Below are positions 14,637 through 32,288 of a DNA stretch of 64,000 nt, one piece after another (the first letter of the stretch is position 1; each line of letters opens with the position of its first letter). A model generated the notes under the pieces. It was given only the letters and a program-made list of their open reading frames with translations. It was not told the DNA's origin and did no database searches. The stretch is from the human T2T-CHM13v2.0 reference genome, Homo sapiens. The stretch is from NCBI RefSeq assembly GCF_009914755.1, contig NC_060929.1; one strand, given 5' to 3'. Position numbers and translations under genes: made by a program.

Positions 14637-14745
14637 CTGAGCTGTGGGTGATAAAGCCTAAGTACCAGGAAGACGCTTCCCTCCAAGGTAGGCAGCACCT
14701 CATTATCCAGCTCAGTGCCCAAGAACCCATCCAAGAAAGCAGAAA
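14637..14745 (-). other. Candidate 109-nt spliced exon of an unidentified minus-strand transcript
   Basis: On the minus strand: acceptor GTGTTTTTCTCTTTCAG| and donor CAG|GTAAGA; no recognisable protein. Confidence 0.35.
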
Positions 14746-16164
14746 CTGAAAGAGAAAAACACCCGAAGACCCACATTTCCAAGTGAACCAACTTGATTTA
14801 AGATTTGAAGCTATCTGTGTTTTGTACAACATCTAATGCACTGTTGATGTTCGATAAATAACAAATCGTGTTATTAATAATTAAGAATTGATGTTTGTGC
14901 TCCTGTGAATTGTCTCTCAGAAGAATTATTCCCCATTCACTCATAAAGAAAAATGAGAGGAAGAGACAGAGGAATAGCTTTTAAGGAAATTTAGTTCCAG
15001 CTACTTTGTGTGCATGTGTTTTTTTCTCCTCCTTCTTTGGTAAATCTGATGAATAACTGAAGAAGACAAGACCCAGAACCAGCCTAAGCTGCTTCCCCAG
15101 CCCCTTTGTCTTCCTATCTTTAGGTGGGAATGTCTAGAATGTTGAATTATATGATTTTAAAGTGCTTGACAAACATTAATTAACTGGGGGTCGTTCTTTG
15201 TTTGAAGAGAGTTATATCTAATTGTGAATATGTCTCCAATTATCTGTTCCTCTTTTTGACTGTATTATTATCTAAAATGTGCAGTATCTGATTTGCTTGT
15301 ACATTTAATTTGGTAGGCTTTTGAAATAGGTGGCAACCATGAAAAAAGGGACATACAGTCACCTTAATGAGAAAAATCGTAATTGTGTGAGATTATACTT
15401 ATGCTCATGTATGTGTATTACATGAATCCACATACACATGCACATGCAACCCTCCCCGCCACCACATACATCCTTCCTTCTGTTTGTAACCACACTCTCT
15501 TTTAAGCCATGAATTTCAACAATTTTGATCACACACACTGAACTGGACTCCATTCCTTCTGAGCTAGAGGAATTGTTGAGATTGGCTTTTTAATAGCAGA
15601 AATCAGAAAAGCTCTCTAGAAAAGTGAATTAATCCTCTTGCAAAAGCAAGTGTAATTAATCACAAGAGAAAACTGGCCATGCATGTCAACCGAGTTCAGG
15701 GAATTGGCTGAGCATTATTGATTCGTTACCCACCATGACCCCTCCTCCCACCTCATGCAGAAGGAGAGGTGATGGTGTGGACGGCAGCCATACCTGAATC
15801 TGGCGCGTGGACTGGAGAACCAGAGGGATTACAAACTGTGAGAGATGCTGGGCTCATGCTTTGGATAGGCTGTGCACACTGTTAATTAGGATCATAGATT
15901 TGAACAATGTCTAAAATAATTAGCCAGGGCAGGTATGTGCCTGTGCAGGGGTGGCTTACAGATTTTTCTGTTGCTTAGAGAAATTTTCTATAGTAACAAA
16001 GGAATAAAATGTAAATTAATTCACAACTGCAGGACTTACACTTAGTAGGCATTTCAAAGCTGACTTCCAAGTAAACCACATACCAAAACCTAGACATGTC
16101 AGTAGCTTATAAATACTGATATGTATGTCACTCTTAGCCTCATTTCTTTGTACTGCTCATCAGC

Positions 16165-16780
16165 TTTTAGAGGCAGTGTCACTTGGTGGAGACAATAGAC
16201 CTGAATTCAAATCCCACCTTCATCATTTACTCACATTTACACACCACAGATCTTAAAATCCTTATCAATAAAAAGAGAATCATAGTACCTGCTAGGGGTG
16301 AATTGCGTCCCTCCAAAATTCATATATTGAAGCCTTAATCCCAGTACCTCAGAATGACTGTAGTTGGAGACAGGGCCTTTTACAGAGGTATATTAAGTTG
16401 CAGTGAGGCCTTTAGGTTGGGCCCTAATCCAATCTGACTGCTGTCCTTATAAGAAGAGGAAATTTGGACACAAGCGACATCAGGGATGCATGTTCACAGT
16501 GGGATCACCAAGTGAAGAGGCAGAAGGAGGGCAGCCATCTACAAGCCAAGGAGAGAGGAGAGAGAAAACCAATCCTGCCGGCACCCTGGTCTTGGACTTC
16601 CTGTCTCCAGAACTGTGAGAAAACACACATCTGTTGTTTAAGACACCCAGTCTTTGGTATTTTGTTATGGCAGCCTTAGCAAACTTAAGTAGTACCTTTT
16701 ACATGCTTATTATGCAGATAAAGGGGATGATTTTTGCATAGAGCCTGGCATATGTTCTCAATTAATAACAGTTGTTATTG
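16165..16780 (+). mobile_element. MIR split by an MLT1B insertion
   Basis: AGACCTGAATTCAAATCCCACC (5' part) and GAGCCTGGCATATG...CTCAATTAAT (3' part) flank the LTR. Confidence 0.6.
16290..16691 (+). mobile_element. MaLR solo LTR, MLT1B-like
   Basis: TGCTAGGGGTGAATTGCGTCCCTCCAAAATTCATAT...TTGTTATGGCAGCCTTAGCAAACTTAAGTA; 5-bp TSD GTACC at 16285-16289 and 16692-16696. Confidence 0.9.
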
Positions 16781-17161
16781 TCATGTAGCTAATCAGTAAA
16801 TATGATCTCTTTCCTTTCTCCCTGAAGAGGCTGTCATTTCTAGGACTTCTTAGCCCTATTCCATGATATCTATTTGAAACCTGACTCCAGGCAGTATGAC
16901 TCTTTCCTCTGTGTCCTATAGGATGCTGCCAACCCAGTCTCCTTATGAGCGGTCAGCCAGCCCTCCCTTAATGCCTCTTGTTCCTGTCTGGATTCTTCCC
17001 TCTGGTTATTTTCAGGCCTGACTTAAGGAGACAGTGGTTTCTCTGTGATTGGCTGCCCTACCTTCTTCTTTCCCTTCAAAATCTACAAGGAAAGCGATGT
17101 CCACCAGCTGTGCAGGTGGCTGTAAAAAGAGTTGGAGAATATCTCACTGTGGTACTGCTGA

Positions 17162-17590
<429 letters not shown>

Positions 17591-18099
17591 TCCCACTTCT
17601 GATGTTTAGCTTTGGAGCTAGGTAAATTAGCACAAACCCACATCAGAACACTTTCCATCCTGATCCCAAATGAAGCAGTTGGTGATGTACAGCCCTGCTG
17701 ATGATGATGGCCTCGAGTCTAGCCCCTGCCTGTGAGGGCTATGTGTGCTGGCAATTGTTCAGGGACCTTGCTCATCTCCGGCTGAGGAGAGAGGACCTGC
17801 CATGATGACAGTGTGTCACATGGAACCACAGCAGAGGCCCAGGGCCTATTTTTAAGATGTTTAGGATGAAAGAGATTCTTCAGAAAGAAAATTCAGAGGT
17901 GTTCTCTTTCCTTTATGGGTTAGCAAGCTTGCTGGCTGCAACCATTACTGTGTTCATTAATTTAACAAGTATTTACTGCATGCCCACCAAGTACAAACCA
18001 CTGAAATCCTCCGTGAGGAGCATAATAATGATAAAAATGTCTGATGATGTCATAGGCATTGTATTAATTCCTTTACATATTATTACTGACTTTATTGAT

Positions 18100-18310
18100 A
18101 ACATTTGTCAAATATCTGCTATGCAGTTGGATGTCTGTTAAACAGTTTACATGCATTTTATTTTTATAGTAACCTCATGAGGAGGTACTCATCTCCATTT
18201 CACAGATGAGAACACTGAGGTTCAGATAATGCTGAAGGTCACAAAGCTAGTAAATGCTGAAGCCAGGAGTAAAACTCAGGTTGTTCTGATCCCAAAGTCT
18301 ATTCTTTCTT
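18100..18310 (-). mobile_element. MIR
   Basis: CCATTTCACAGATGAGAACACTGAGGTTCAGA...AAGGTCACAAAGCTAGTAAATG. Confidence 0.8.
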
Positions 18311-19029
18311 TATTCACTTGCCCAAGAGATAGTTGAGAAAGAAATATGCTGTGTTAATTGAGGCCCTTTGTGTTCTACACTGGGAAATTGCTCTGAAGAG
18401 GGACATTCTTCTCACAAACAATGCTAGCTTTATTTCACCCAAAAGATGTCTCTGGTGTGATTTCTAGAGTATTGCCCTGGGTGCTCAAATCTGCCCACTA
18501 CACTCAGCAGCCAGTTTTCCACTGATATTTGAGAGCTATTCCTTTGGGTTAAAGCTGTGCCCTGTAGCGGGGAATGTTTATTCCATTATGTCATTTGGCC
18601 TTCATGAGAATGTGCTTATCATGTTATATTCTCTTGGGGTGCTGCAGAGTTCAGTGCAGATTGTGTAGGGAAAGCTGGAGAGACAGGGCTATAGAATGTG
18701 TGAGAGGTGTGAGGTGTGGGCCCCTCCAGGGTGGAGCAGACAGTGAGGCCCAAGCCTTCAGAGGGAGTAGCGGGGTTGTGTCATTGTGAGCTGGAGTTCT
18801 TGAAGCTCAAGGCTGCTCTCTTTTCAAATCCATCTAATCCTCAGCTGGATGATGGCTTGGATAGAGATGTTAGAGAATGGGCATGTGAATAATAAAACAC
18901 TCCATTTTCCTCAAATTGATATCTAACCATGTTCATTTATATTTAACTACATGCAGCCCATTTGAATGGAAATACAGTTCTCTCTGTTTAATCCAACTAC
19001 AACCTAATCCTACTACTAACTTATATTTA

Positions 19030-19245
19030 TATCATGCTGACCATTTACAAAGAACTTTCATAGACATCACCTCATCTGGTTATTCTAGCAAACTCTAAGG
19101 AAATAATTTTCTTCCTTTTCCTGCTAAGGGACTTGAGGCTTACATGAATTAAATGATTTGCTCAGGATCACAGAGCCAGGCAGTGGGGGATGTGCGGGGA
19201 AGCACACCTCATGTTTGGATTAAAAAGCCACAGCTCCTTTGGCGG
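19030..19245 (-). mobile_element. MIR fragment
   Basis: GACTTGAGGCTTACATGAATTAAATGATTTGCTCAGGATCACAGAGCCAG. Confidence 0.6.
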
Positions 19246-19484
19246 CATCAAGCTGCTTCTTTGACTACATACTCATTCGCCTTCTAGAAACCTAAAAATG
19301 CTGGGCTCCCCAATCACAGACTGGCTTCAATAAACAAAAAGGCTGACCTAAGTCTTTCTATTCTTCCTGGGTATATACAGTCAGTCTGAAGCCCAAATTA
19401 TGGAAGCACTCCCTCTAATTCTGCTCTCATGGGATGGCTTTCAAGGATTGCAGCTGGTTGCGAGCCAGCTCTGCTGTTGAATGG

Positions 19485-19840
19485 GTGCAGTGGATATGTT
19501 GTTGTTTTGGTCAGGCTCCTCAGTTCCCTTTTGACTGTGTGTGCCAGTGGGTTTGGTGAAATATGCTTTCAGTGGCCAGTGCCTGGGGCTTGGTTTCCTA
19601 GAGAGCCTCTGGTTGGGCAACTCTGAGGTGTTGCTTATGCCCTATCCCAGAGCTCCCCTGTGGGATCAGGTGAAGTCACTGAGTGGGTCTTTACCTGAGG
19701 TCACAACTTCGCTTGATTCCCTGCCCTCCCCAGTTCTGCCTCCCTCACTCCCTCGTCAGTGACGTCTGGGAAGACTTTCTTACTAAATTGCTTGCTCATG
19801 AATCCTCATCTCAAATTCTGCTTCTAGGGAATTTGCCCAT
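19485..19840 (+). mobile_element. ERVL solo LTR (LTR16-like)
   Basis: CCCAGAGCTCCCCTGTGGGATCAGG and 3' end ACTAAATTGCTTGCTCATGAATCCTCATCTCAAATTCTGCTTCTAGGGAA. Confidence 0.65.
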
Positions 19841-20024
19841 GGGAGTGGGTGCATGAGAGCTCTGAAGCAAAGCTCTGTGACCCATCCTCCCTTGCCAGGG
19901 TGAGTAGTAGGGACCGGGAGCCAGGGGTGAGGAGCTCACCTTAAGATAAAGGGCATCAGAAGTGTGTCCCAGAGTCTTTGGGTTGTCCTAGTTTTGTATT
20001 TATTTTCAGATCTTCAATTAAGTA

Positions 20025-20200
20025 GTTATAATGTTAATTAGTTGCCTGACCTTAAATTATTTAAGTCTCTGAGCCTCTTTTCATATCCCTAAGATGGGGA
20101 TAAATAACATTTGCCTCTTAGGGCAATGATAGGGATTTAATGAGATAAGACAGGTAAAGCACTTAACATATTCCTTATAAGTGGTGTTCAGATATTATTA
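20025..20200 (+). mobile_element. MIR
   Basis: TCTCTGAGCCTCTTTTCATATCCCTAAGATGGGGATAAATAAC...GTAAAGCACTTAAC. Confidence 0.7.
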
Positions 20201-20379
20201 CCTAGTCTTCTTCCAACAGTTTGTGTGGAAATTTATCTAGTAGCATTCTGGAAACATTGCCAATAGAATGGGTTAAAGTCACAGAATAATACTACAGCAG
20301 TGCAGCCTTGTATTTCTGTGAATTTCATAGACTTAAAGACAAAAGCTGTTTATACTCATGTAATCCAAGTGTCTCCGGA

Positions 20380-21130
20380 TTTAGCAGCTGCTGATTGCAA
20401 ATGCAGTCATATATGAAACCCCAAAAGTCAATAGCAGTGAGCAAACCCCCATTTGACTGGCTTCTTGTTGAGTCAAGGAAGCCCAATTTTTATAGAGCTC
20501 CCTCCAAGGGGTGCTCGCATAGGTCCACAATTATTCCTCATCAGTTTGCTGAGCCCAGATGTGTAGCTCTACATCGTTTTGCATGCAGCTTGCCATACTG
20601 CTCCTATCAGCGCAGCTGTTGGTGCTGCCGCTGCTGCTAGGGAAGATGGAGGTTCCCACACATGATGTCATTTTAAAAATGGAGTCAAACCACTGCACCT
20701 CAAGCCTTACGATCCCCATTGTTGTTTTTGTGAAGACGGAGGATTTTTCTTTTCTATTTTTTTATTTTTTGCACTCAGTTGGGAAAGTGACAGCAAAGTT
20801 GTCTGAGCCCACAGTGGTTGCTGACAGAGCTCTTTCAGTTGCAGATGGCAGGCCCAGAGCTCTACAGTAGCCAGGTCCAGTAATTCCAAGAGACAATGAA
20901 GTGCTAGAACGCTCTCTCCTTGTCTTTGTTACGTATGCACAGGTGGTAAAGCACTCCTGAGGAATCAGGAATATCTCTGTTGTGCCTCAGGGTCAGGGAA
21001 CCTGATGGCTACCACATCTGATGCTGCCAAATGAAGAGAAAGTTTCTTCTGTCTCTCTCTCTCTCTCTCGAGAGTTCTTGTGTGTGTGTGTGGGAGGGGG
21101 GGGGCGGGTACAGGTGGAAGGGCGGGATGC
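20380..21130. promoter_or_regulatory. Candidate promoter/enhancer in TE-free sequence
   Basis: AP-1 TGAGTCA 20469-20475; minus-strand TATAAAAA 20487-20494; E-boxes CAGCTG 20385 and 20613, CAGATG 20556 and 20842; GC boxes GGGCGG 21102 and 21120; (CT)n/(TG)n tract. Confidence 0.35.
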
Positions 21131-23387
21131 AGGAAAAGCCAAAGGACCCATAATGAGTTTACCAGAGCCCAAAGAGTTCCAGCATTTTAATATGTTTTCA
21201 GGTAACACACAGAACCTCCTTTTCCTCAGGACAAACACATGCTGTCAATCTCCTTGGGTGACAGTGAATTCTGGAACCTGCCACATCCCAAAACCATAAT
21301 TACCTCCCGCCTACAACTTCAAGCCCTGTTGCAGGGTCTTATGGCAGAGATAAAGCAATTACTATTTAAAACCATGAGTGACTGCGGCAGCTTCAGCCTG
21401 TAAGGAAGTAGCATAATTTCTCTCTGGAGTAAGTAGCCTTCTATTTAGCAAAGATGAGGCCCCCAGGGCATGATTTGGAAAGAGGCATTGAAACAAAGAG
21501 ATAGCTAAACCAATCAGCATAAAAAGTAAACAAGGATTTTACAGGGGAGAAAAGCAGAGAAGAGCAGACAAGGGTGCGGGAGGAATGAGGGGTTAAGCCA
21601 CATAGTGGAAGACTGTCAGTCATTGGGGAACACCACAAGTTGGACATCACCAGTGGCCAGGGAATGTTCAAAGACAAGGATGTTTGCATTGCCATTTCAG
21701 GCTGCTTGCTCTGTGTTGAAAGTTAATCGCCTGCAGTGAGGCCATGTGTGAGTGGTGAGTGGTGTTTCTGGAAAATCAAAGGAAAGAGTCTTCGTTCCAA
21801 ATCTGAGTAGCTAGAATACATAGCAAATGGAGCAGCCATGGGATGGATAGGGGCCTTTGGGGGGATTCAGAGAAATATTTAGGAGGAGACTGGGTTTTTA
21901 TTAGCCATAGAATGGGGTGGCTGTCAGCCAATTTCATGTAATTCTCAGAAGACAAGAAGACTTCAACTGATGTCTGGATGACAATCTACCCCCTTGCAAT
22001 CTGACTTTCACCCACCTGCTGTATATGTCCCATGTGGCTGCATATGTCTGAGTCTCAGTAAATTTCTAGGTTTTCTTTTTCCCAGTCTAAGGAGGCTCCT
22101 CAGACCCACGCAAATCACTGGAGGCAAATGGATAAATAGGAAGACAAGTGTGTGTAATTGACATGGGGAAAAAGCAGGGCTCATGGGGTGTAATCATGAA
22201 GCAATTTTATTTTGCCTTCCCAACCCCTGGGTAAAAATTTTAGGTTGCCAAGCACAATCTTTATTCAGCAAGTCCAACCATAAAATATCAATACTCCAAA
22301 CTTGATTTAAAATAAAATCTCCCCTTCTCCAGTTAAGTCCTGCCACAGGAAGGGGGGCCCTAGAGGTAGAGGAGGGGAGGTGGAGTCACTGTCTGCCTCT
22401 CTCCTTCCTCCCTTACTAGCCTCCACCCACGGGTTGGAATAGGAGAGGGGAAGGAGGAGAGTTAAAAGGGGAGCAGAAAAGTTCTCACGTGACTGAAATT
22501 CTTTAGATGGGTTTGTGGTTGGTAGGCCTGGCAGGTGTTTAGGTTTGATCATCTCATCAGAGCTTTGGTCCTTTGGAGATCACTGAGGGCAATTCCTCTC
22601 TTGATTCAGGTGAAGCCTCTACTATGGCTGATTGCTTACTCCTTCTGCAGCCCCCAGATATCTGGCAATACCTTTAGTGTCTTTCCATGAGGGCCTGTTT
22701 ACCCCTCCGGGAAGCCTCTTTGGACAGGACTGACGGAGACCCACATTAATCTTTGTTATGTGGCTCACATCTGCCCATAGGAAACCCTCACCCATTTTTC
22801 TCCCTGACAAACTCTGAGAGTATAGGCTGCCCAATACAGCTACTCATTCTTTGACATATTCATTAGCTCATTTTAATTTTCAAGCGCGAGTGAGACACTA
22901 CCCTATATGCTCCCTAAACTGCAGTCTGTTGAAATCCTGATCACTGCTAGGCATGAGACGAGGGGCAGGTACTGCCCACCTGCCATACTGCAAGGAGGAG
23001 GGAACAGAGAGGAAGCCTGGGATGCATAGTATGGTTCTCTCCAACCAAAACCCCTTTTTCTAAGTCCTCAGATTTCAGGTGATTTTGTACCCTCCATATA
23101 CATGAAAAGTTTAAGAGATGTCTCACCAATTCTTGTCACCAACTCTGAAGTTCCTGCGTGGAAATCTAAAAGAACTTGGATTGTGACATCTATCAACTTA
23201 TGCTTTAGCTGAAATGTTCTCTCAGAAGCTGGGTTGCTCCTTTTTGTGGTCTGACTTCCATTACGGCCACCCCAGCCATCAGACCTGGTGGTCCGTGTCT
23301 GAATTCCAATAGTATAATGTTTCAAGTTTTTCTTTTCCTCTGAGACATTCTTCAATTCCAATGACAATAAGTGGGTCTGAATGGTGA

Positions 23388-23797
<410 letters not shown>

Positions 23798-24584
23798 TAC
23801 GGGTTCTTCTTTTCAATCCTTTTCAATCCTAAGAAGGACATAACATGCTGAAGCGAAGGTATATTAGGATGGTTTTCTCTGATTTTTTTTTTTTAATTTG
23901 ATCCTAAGTATGGTATCATGAATGTCACATGTTAGGATCTAGCAGAGTTTGAAGAATTATTGTAAACCCCTGTAAACACAGAGCAAGGTAGAAAGTGATT
24001 TTCATCGTTCTCTTGCTCCTCTTACCATCCTACCTGGGAAATACACTCCCATTCTTATTTGGACTGATTTTTTTCCTATGTAGTGCAGTGGCCTTCATTT
24101 TAAAGCCTACAATTCAACATGATGTTTTTGGGTTTAGAAGTTATGTTCTTGATGGTGTGAAAGCTACATCAAATTTCAGATTTGTCTTGTGTAATGTGAT
24201 ACATGGACATGCGGTCGCTGGTATTCGTTGCTTGTAGCCAAAGAACCATAAAAAGTACACCTAGGAATAGGGCCTATGGTTTTGACAGTAAGTATCGTTA
24301 GAGATATAGCTTTCCTTCTAAGTTGGCCTACTAGGTTGAGATTAATGAGGAAGGTGTGTGTGTGTATACACATACCATTCACTCAATCAATTCCAGTGAA
24401 ATAACACAGAGAAGACAAAAAAAGTGGCCATTAGGGAAAATAAGTGGACCATGGGCACAGAAAACCTCCTGTTCCATTCAGCTGTGCTAATTAGTAATGA
24501 GCATAACATTCTTTTTTTTTTTTTTTAAGGCCAGACGGTGTCATTTAGTAAAATAAATAAATACTCCTCCCTGCCATTTACTAA

Positions 24585-24790
24585 TAGTCTGAAGCCTTGG
24601 TTGCTAGTTCTGCCTCTATCTGTTACTAGTCATATGATCCTAGGAAATTGGAAACTTCTCTGAGCCTCAGGTTTCTGCATCTATAAAGTGGAGATAGACC
24701 TAACTATTGTGTTATCTTCACCTTTAAAGAATATAGTGTTCATGAAATTGCTCTGTAAACTGGACAGTGGGGCCTTGGTGTAAGGCATTA
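24585..24790 (+). mobile_element. MIR
   Basis: CTTCTCTGAGCCTCAGGTTTCTGCATCTATAAAGTGGAGATA core. Confidence 0.75.
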
Positions 24791-25099
24791 TGTTCAGGTG
24801 TGAGTTGAGATTCCCCGAGGTATAGAGATCTTGCATTGGCACTTGAGGGTCTTGAAGAAGATTTTCAATTTCAGTTTATGCATGTACCCACCGGCTGTAT
24901 TGACACAGCACAAAGCCAAGGGCAGATTTGACAATGATTTCTTTAATTTTATTGATGTGAACTGCAAAACTGGGCCATTCAGTCTGCAAAGTATCTAGGC
25001 TGTAATGATCTGACATTGGCTGTCTACATTCATCAAATTAAGTGGATAATTAGCAAAACACCATTTGACTTTGTGATGTAAAGACAGTAATTGTGGCTC

Positions 25100-26082
25100 T
25101 TTCTCAATTAAAAATCTCATCCAAAGTCATGATTTTGGTTGTCACATCTGTGCAGATGATTTCCACATTTGTTTATACCTCCAGCTTTGAATTCTTTCTG
25201 AAAAGACTACATTATTTTCCCAACAGTCACCAGGCATTTTCCCTCATGCATTTTCCCTCCCCATTATTCCTTCCTGGGATCTTCATTTTCTTATCCCAAT
25301 CAGCCAGTCTCAAACTCCCAGGGTTAACTCTGACTCCTCTCTTCCCCACACGTTCCCTAGTCAATCAGCTGCCAAGTTCTATCAATTCTATCTATGAAAC
25401 ACCCTTGAAATCTTCCTTCTCCTCTCTAATTCTACTGCCCTGCTATCCTACTACTTCATCAAGGCCCAGCCTATTATTACAAAAACCCTGTAACTGGCCT
25501 TCCTTTTCCAGTATTGCCTCATTCCAACCCCGTCTATATATTAATGCTCTCATCCTGCTTTTTCTCTGCTCAAAAATCCCCTGGGGTGGGATTCTCACTG
25601 TCTAAGAAACAAAGCCTGAATTCTTCCTCCTGGTGTTCTCAGCATTGCAAGGCCTGGCTCTAACCTGTCTTTCCCACTTTATCTTCTCCCACTCCCCTTC
25701 ATGTACACTACTGAGTAATTCTTGGTTTCCTGCACGGATTCATTTCCCTTTTGGATGCTGTCCTATGTTCACACATCTCCCTCCTCTGGAAATTCCCTCC
25801 TCCTCATTATAGCCTTCAAACCCCACTCCAAGCCCCACTTATTCTTCAAGAGCCATTCAAATGCCACCTCCCCACTGCGCTCCTTTAGGCTTCTGGTTGG
25901 AAAGACTCTCTCCCTAATCTGTACTCCACTGCACTTTAACAAGATCTGCCCTACTTTCTCCCCTTTAGACTATAAATTCCTTTAAGGCAGGATTTGTGCC
26001 AGAGTCATCTCTGTATTCCCCAGGGTCCACATATCCTGCATATAGTAGCTGTTCTTTAAATACCTGTTGAATAAATGAATGC
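25100..26082 (+). mobile_element. L2 LINE, 3' part
   Basis: Pyrimidine-rich L2-like body ending TAGACTATAAATTCCTTTAAGGCAGG...TACCTGTTGAATAAATGAATG. Confidence 0.75.
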
Positions 26083-27385
26083 TTGTAAAGAAAGCATGCT
26101 TCTAATCATATTTTTTTCTTATCTTCTAATGTGGGATGCAACTTCTTATTTGACTATGTAAACTCATGTGGTGAAATATTTTCCTTCAAGGACACATAAT
26201 ATGCTCCTATGGCCTCCTTCTCTCTGATAAGGTTGGTCTTTTACCAGTGGTTTGTAGCACTAATTATAGGAGGGAGGAAAGAAAATTCTGGAAAGTAGAT
26301 TACAGAAGAGGAAAAACAAACATGAGAATTCTAAGTAAAAATGGAAAATAGCATGTTTACAAAGAAGGACATCTTGAAAGGCAGCATTCCTCTAGGGCAG
26401 TGCTAATTTTAAGAGGAATAGAAGAAAAAGTAATGTATTTTTCTAAAAGGAGAAACTGAACTTGTAAGAACTGTAGAATGATCAAATTATTGTGAAATTG
26501 GGCCAGACTTTCCCCAGAATTCTGTAGCCCATTGGATTTGACAAGATTAGACAAGAGAGGTAAAAATGATGGTTGGACTAAAGAAAAGGACTAATGGAGA
26601 CAAATTATAGGTATGGTCATGGTTTCACCCCAAAGATAGATGAATGGTGTTTAAAAGACCATCATATCCTACAGATGGGAGCTTTTCTTGTCCCTCCCAA
26701 TCTACCCAGCGCATTGAAAGAGAAAAAGAGCAAATTGAAGCAATGCATTTTGATGCAAAATATAGAGACAGGGATGGTTAAAACTCAAGAATAGAGGCAG
26801 GATTTCATATGGATACATTTCATAGTAATACAATAAATTAAATATTTAAAAGTTTATTTTTAGGTTCACCAAAAGAGCCCAAAGTCATCAAAATGTCCCA
26901 TACTAAGATCCTTCCAAGAGAATTGATTAGAGCTTTCTGACAGTATAATGTGATGGATTAGTGAGTTTTCCTCAATATGTTGATGAAAAAACAGTGCTCA
27001 ATGTATTATTTTAACATAGTAGCTATTAGGTTAAATGCTGTTACGACCAGTATTAATTGTTAAATATTAACAAAGGTTCAGATATAATCTTGCCTAAGGG
27101 CAAGAGGATGTCTCACATTTTCCAGAATATCTATGACTCTAAGTAAGTTTACTATTTTCTTTTTTTTTTAATTTTATTATTATTATACTTTAAGTTTTAG
27201 GGTACATGTGCACAATTTGCAGGTTAGTTACATATGTATACATGTGCCATGCTGGTGTGCTGCACCCATTAACTCGTCATTTAGCATTAGGTATATCTCC
27301 TAATGCTATCCCTCCCACCTCCCCCACCCCACAACAGTCCCCAGAGTGTGATGTTCCCCTTCCTGTGTCCATGTGATCTCATTGT

Positions 27386-31211
<3,826 letters not shown>

Positions 31212-31274
31212 TATGATGTTAGCTGGTTGTTTTGCTCATTAGTTGATGCAGTTTCTGCCTAGCCTCGATGGTCT

Positions 31275-32288
31275 TTACAATTTGGCATGATTTTGCTGTG
31301 GCTGGTACCGGTTGTTCCTTTCCATGTTTAGTGCTTCCTTCAGGAGCTCTTTTAGGGCAGGCCTGATGGTGACAAAATCTCTCAGCATTTGCTTGTCTGT
31401 AAAGTATTTTATTTCTCCTTCACTTATGAAGCTTAGTTTGGCCAGATATGAAATTCTGGGTTGAAAATTCTTTTCTTTAAGAATGTTGAATATTGGCCCC
31501 CACTCTCTTCTGGCTTGTAGAGTTTCTGCCAACAGATCTGCTGTTAGTCTGATGGGCTTCCCTTTGAGGGTAACCCGCCCTTTCTCTCTGGCTGCCCTTA
31601 ACATTTTTTCCTTCATTTCAACTTTGGTGAATCTGACAATTATGTGTCTTGGAGTTGCTCTTCTTGAGGAGCATCTTTGTGGCGTTCTCTGTATTTCCTG
31701 AATCTGAATGTTGACCTGCCTTGCTAGATTGTGGAAGTTCTTCTGGATAATATCTTGAAGAGTGTTTTCCAACTTGGTTCCATTCTCCCCGTCACTTTCA
31801 GGTACACAAATCAGATGTAGATTTGGTCTTTTCACATAGTCCCATATTTCTTGGAGGCTTTGTTTGTTTCTTTTTATTCTTTTTTCTCTAAACTTCCCTT
31901 CCTGCTTCATTTTATTCATTTCATCTTCCATCAGCAATACCCTTTCTTCCAGTTGATCGCATTGGCTCCTGAGGCTTCTGCATTCTTCACGTAGTTCTCG
32001 AGCCTTGGCTTTCAGCTCCATCAGCTCCTTTAAGTACTTCTCTGTATTGGTTATTCTAGTTATACATTCGTCTAAATATTTTTCAAAGTTTTTAACTTCT
32101 TTGCCTTTGGTTTGAATTTCCTCCCGTAGCTCAGAGTAGTTTGATCGTCTGAAGACTTCTCTCAACTCATCAAAGTCATTCTCCCTCCAGCTTTGTTCCG
32201 TTGCTTGTGAGGAACTGCGTTCCTTTGGAGGAGGAGAGGTGCTCTGCTTTTTAGAGTTCCCAGTTTTTCTGCTCTGTTTTTTCCCCAT
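31275..32288 (-). CDS. L1 ORF1p (RNA-binding chaperone), open frame of 337 aa
   Basis: MGKKQSRKTGNSK...REKG...LQARREW...; one codon shorter than 338-aa ORF1p, with substitutions in conserved motifs; expression unknown. Confidence 0.85.
   Translation of the reverse strand: MGKKQSRKTGNSKKQSTSPPPKERSSSQATEQSWRENDFDELREVFRRSNYSELREEIQTKGKEVKNFEKYLDECITRITNTEKYLKELMELKAKARELREECRSLRSQCDQLEERVLLMEDEMNKMKQEGKFREKRIKRNKQSLQEIWDYVKRPNLHLICVPESDGENGTKLENTLQDIIQKNFHNLARQVNIQIQEIQRTPQRCSSRRATPRHIIVRFTKVEMKEKMLRAAREKGRVTLKGKPIRLTADLLAETLQARREWGPIFNILKEKNFQPRISYLAKLSFISEGEIKYFTDKQMLRDFVTIRPALKELLKEALNMERNNRYQPQQNHAKL

Noticed and set aside
25093-25605. 170-aa Ser/Leu/Pro/Phe-rich ORF
   Set aside because: Lies in pyrimidine-rich decayed L2 sequence, which is naturally poor in stop codons
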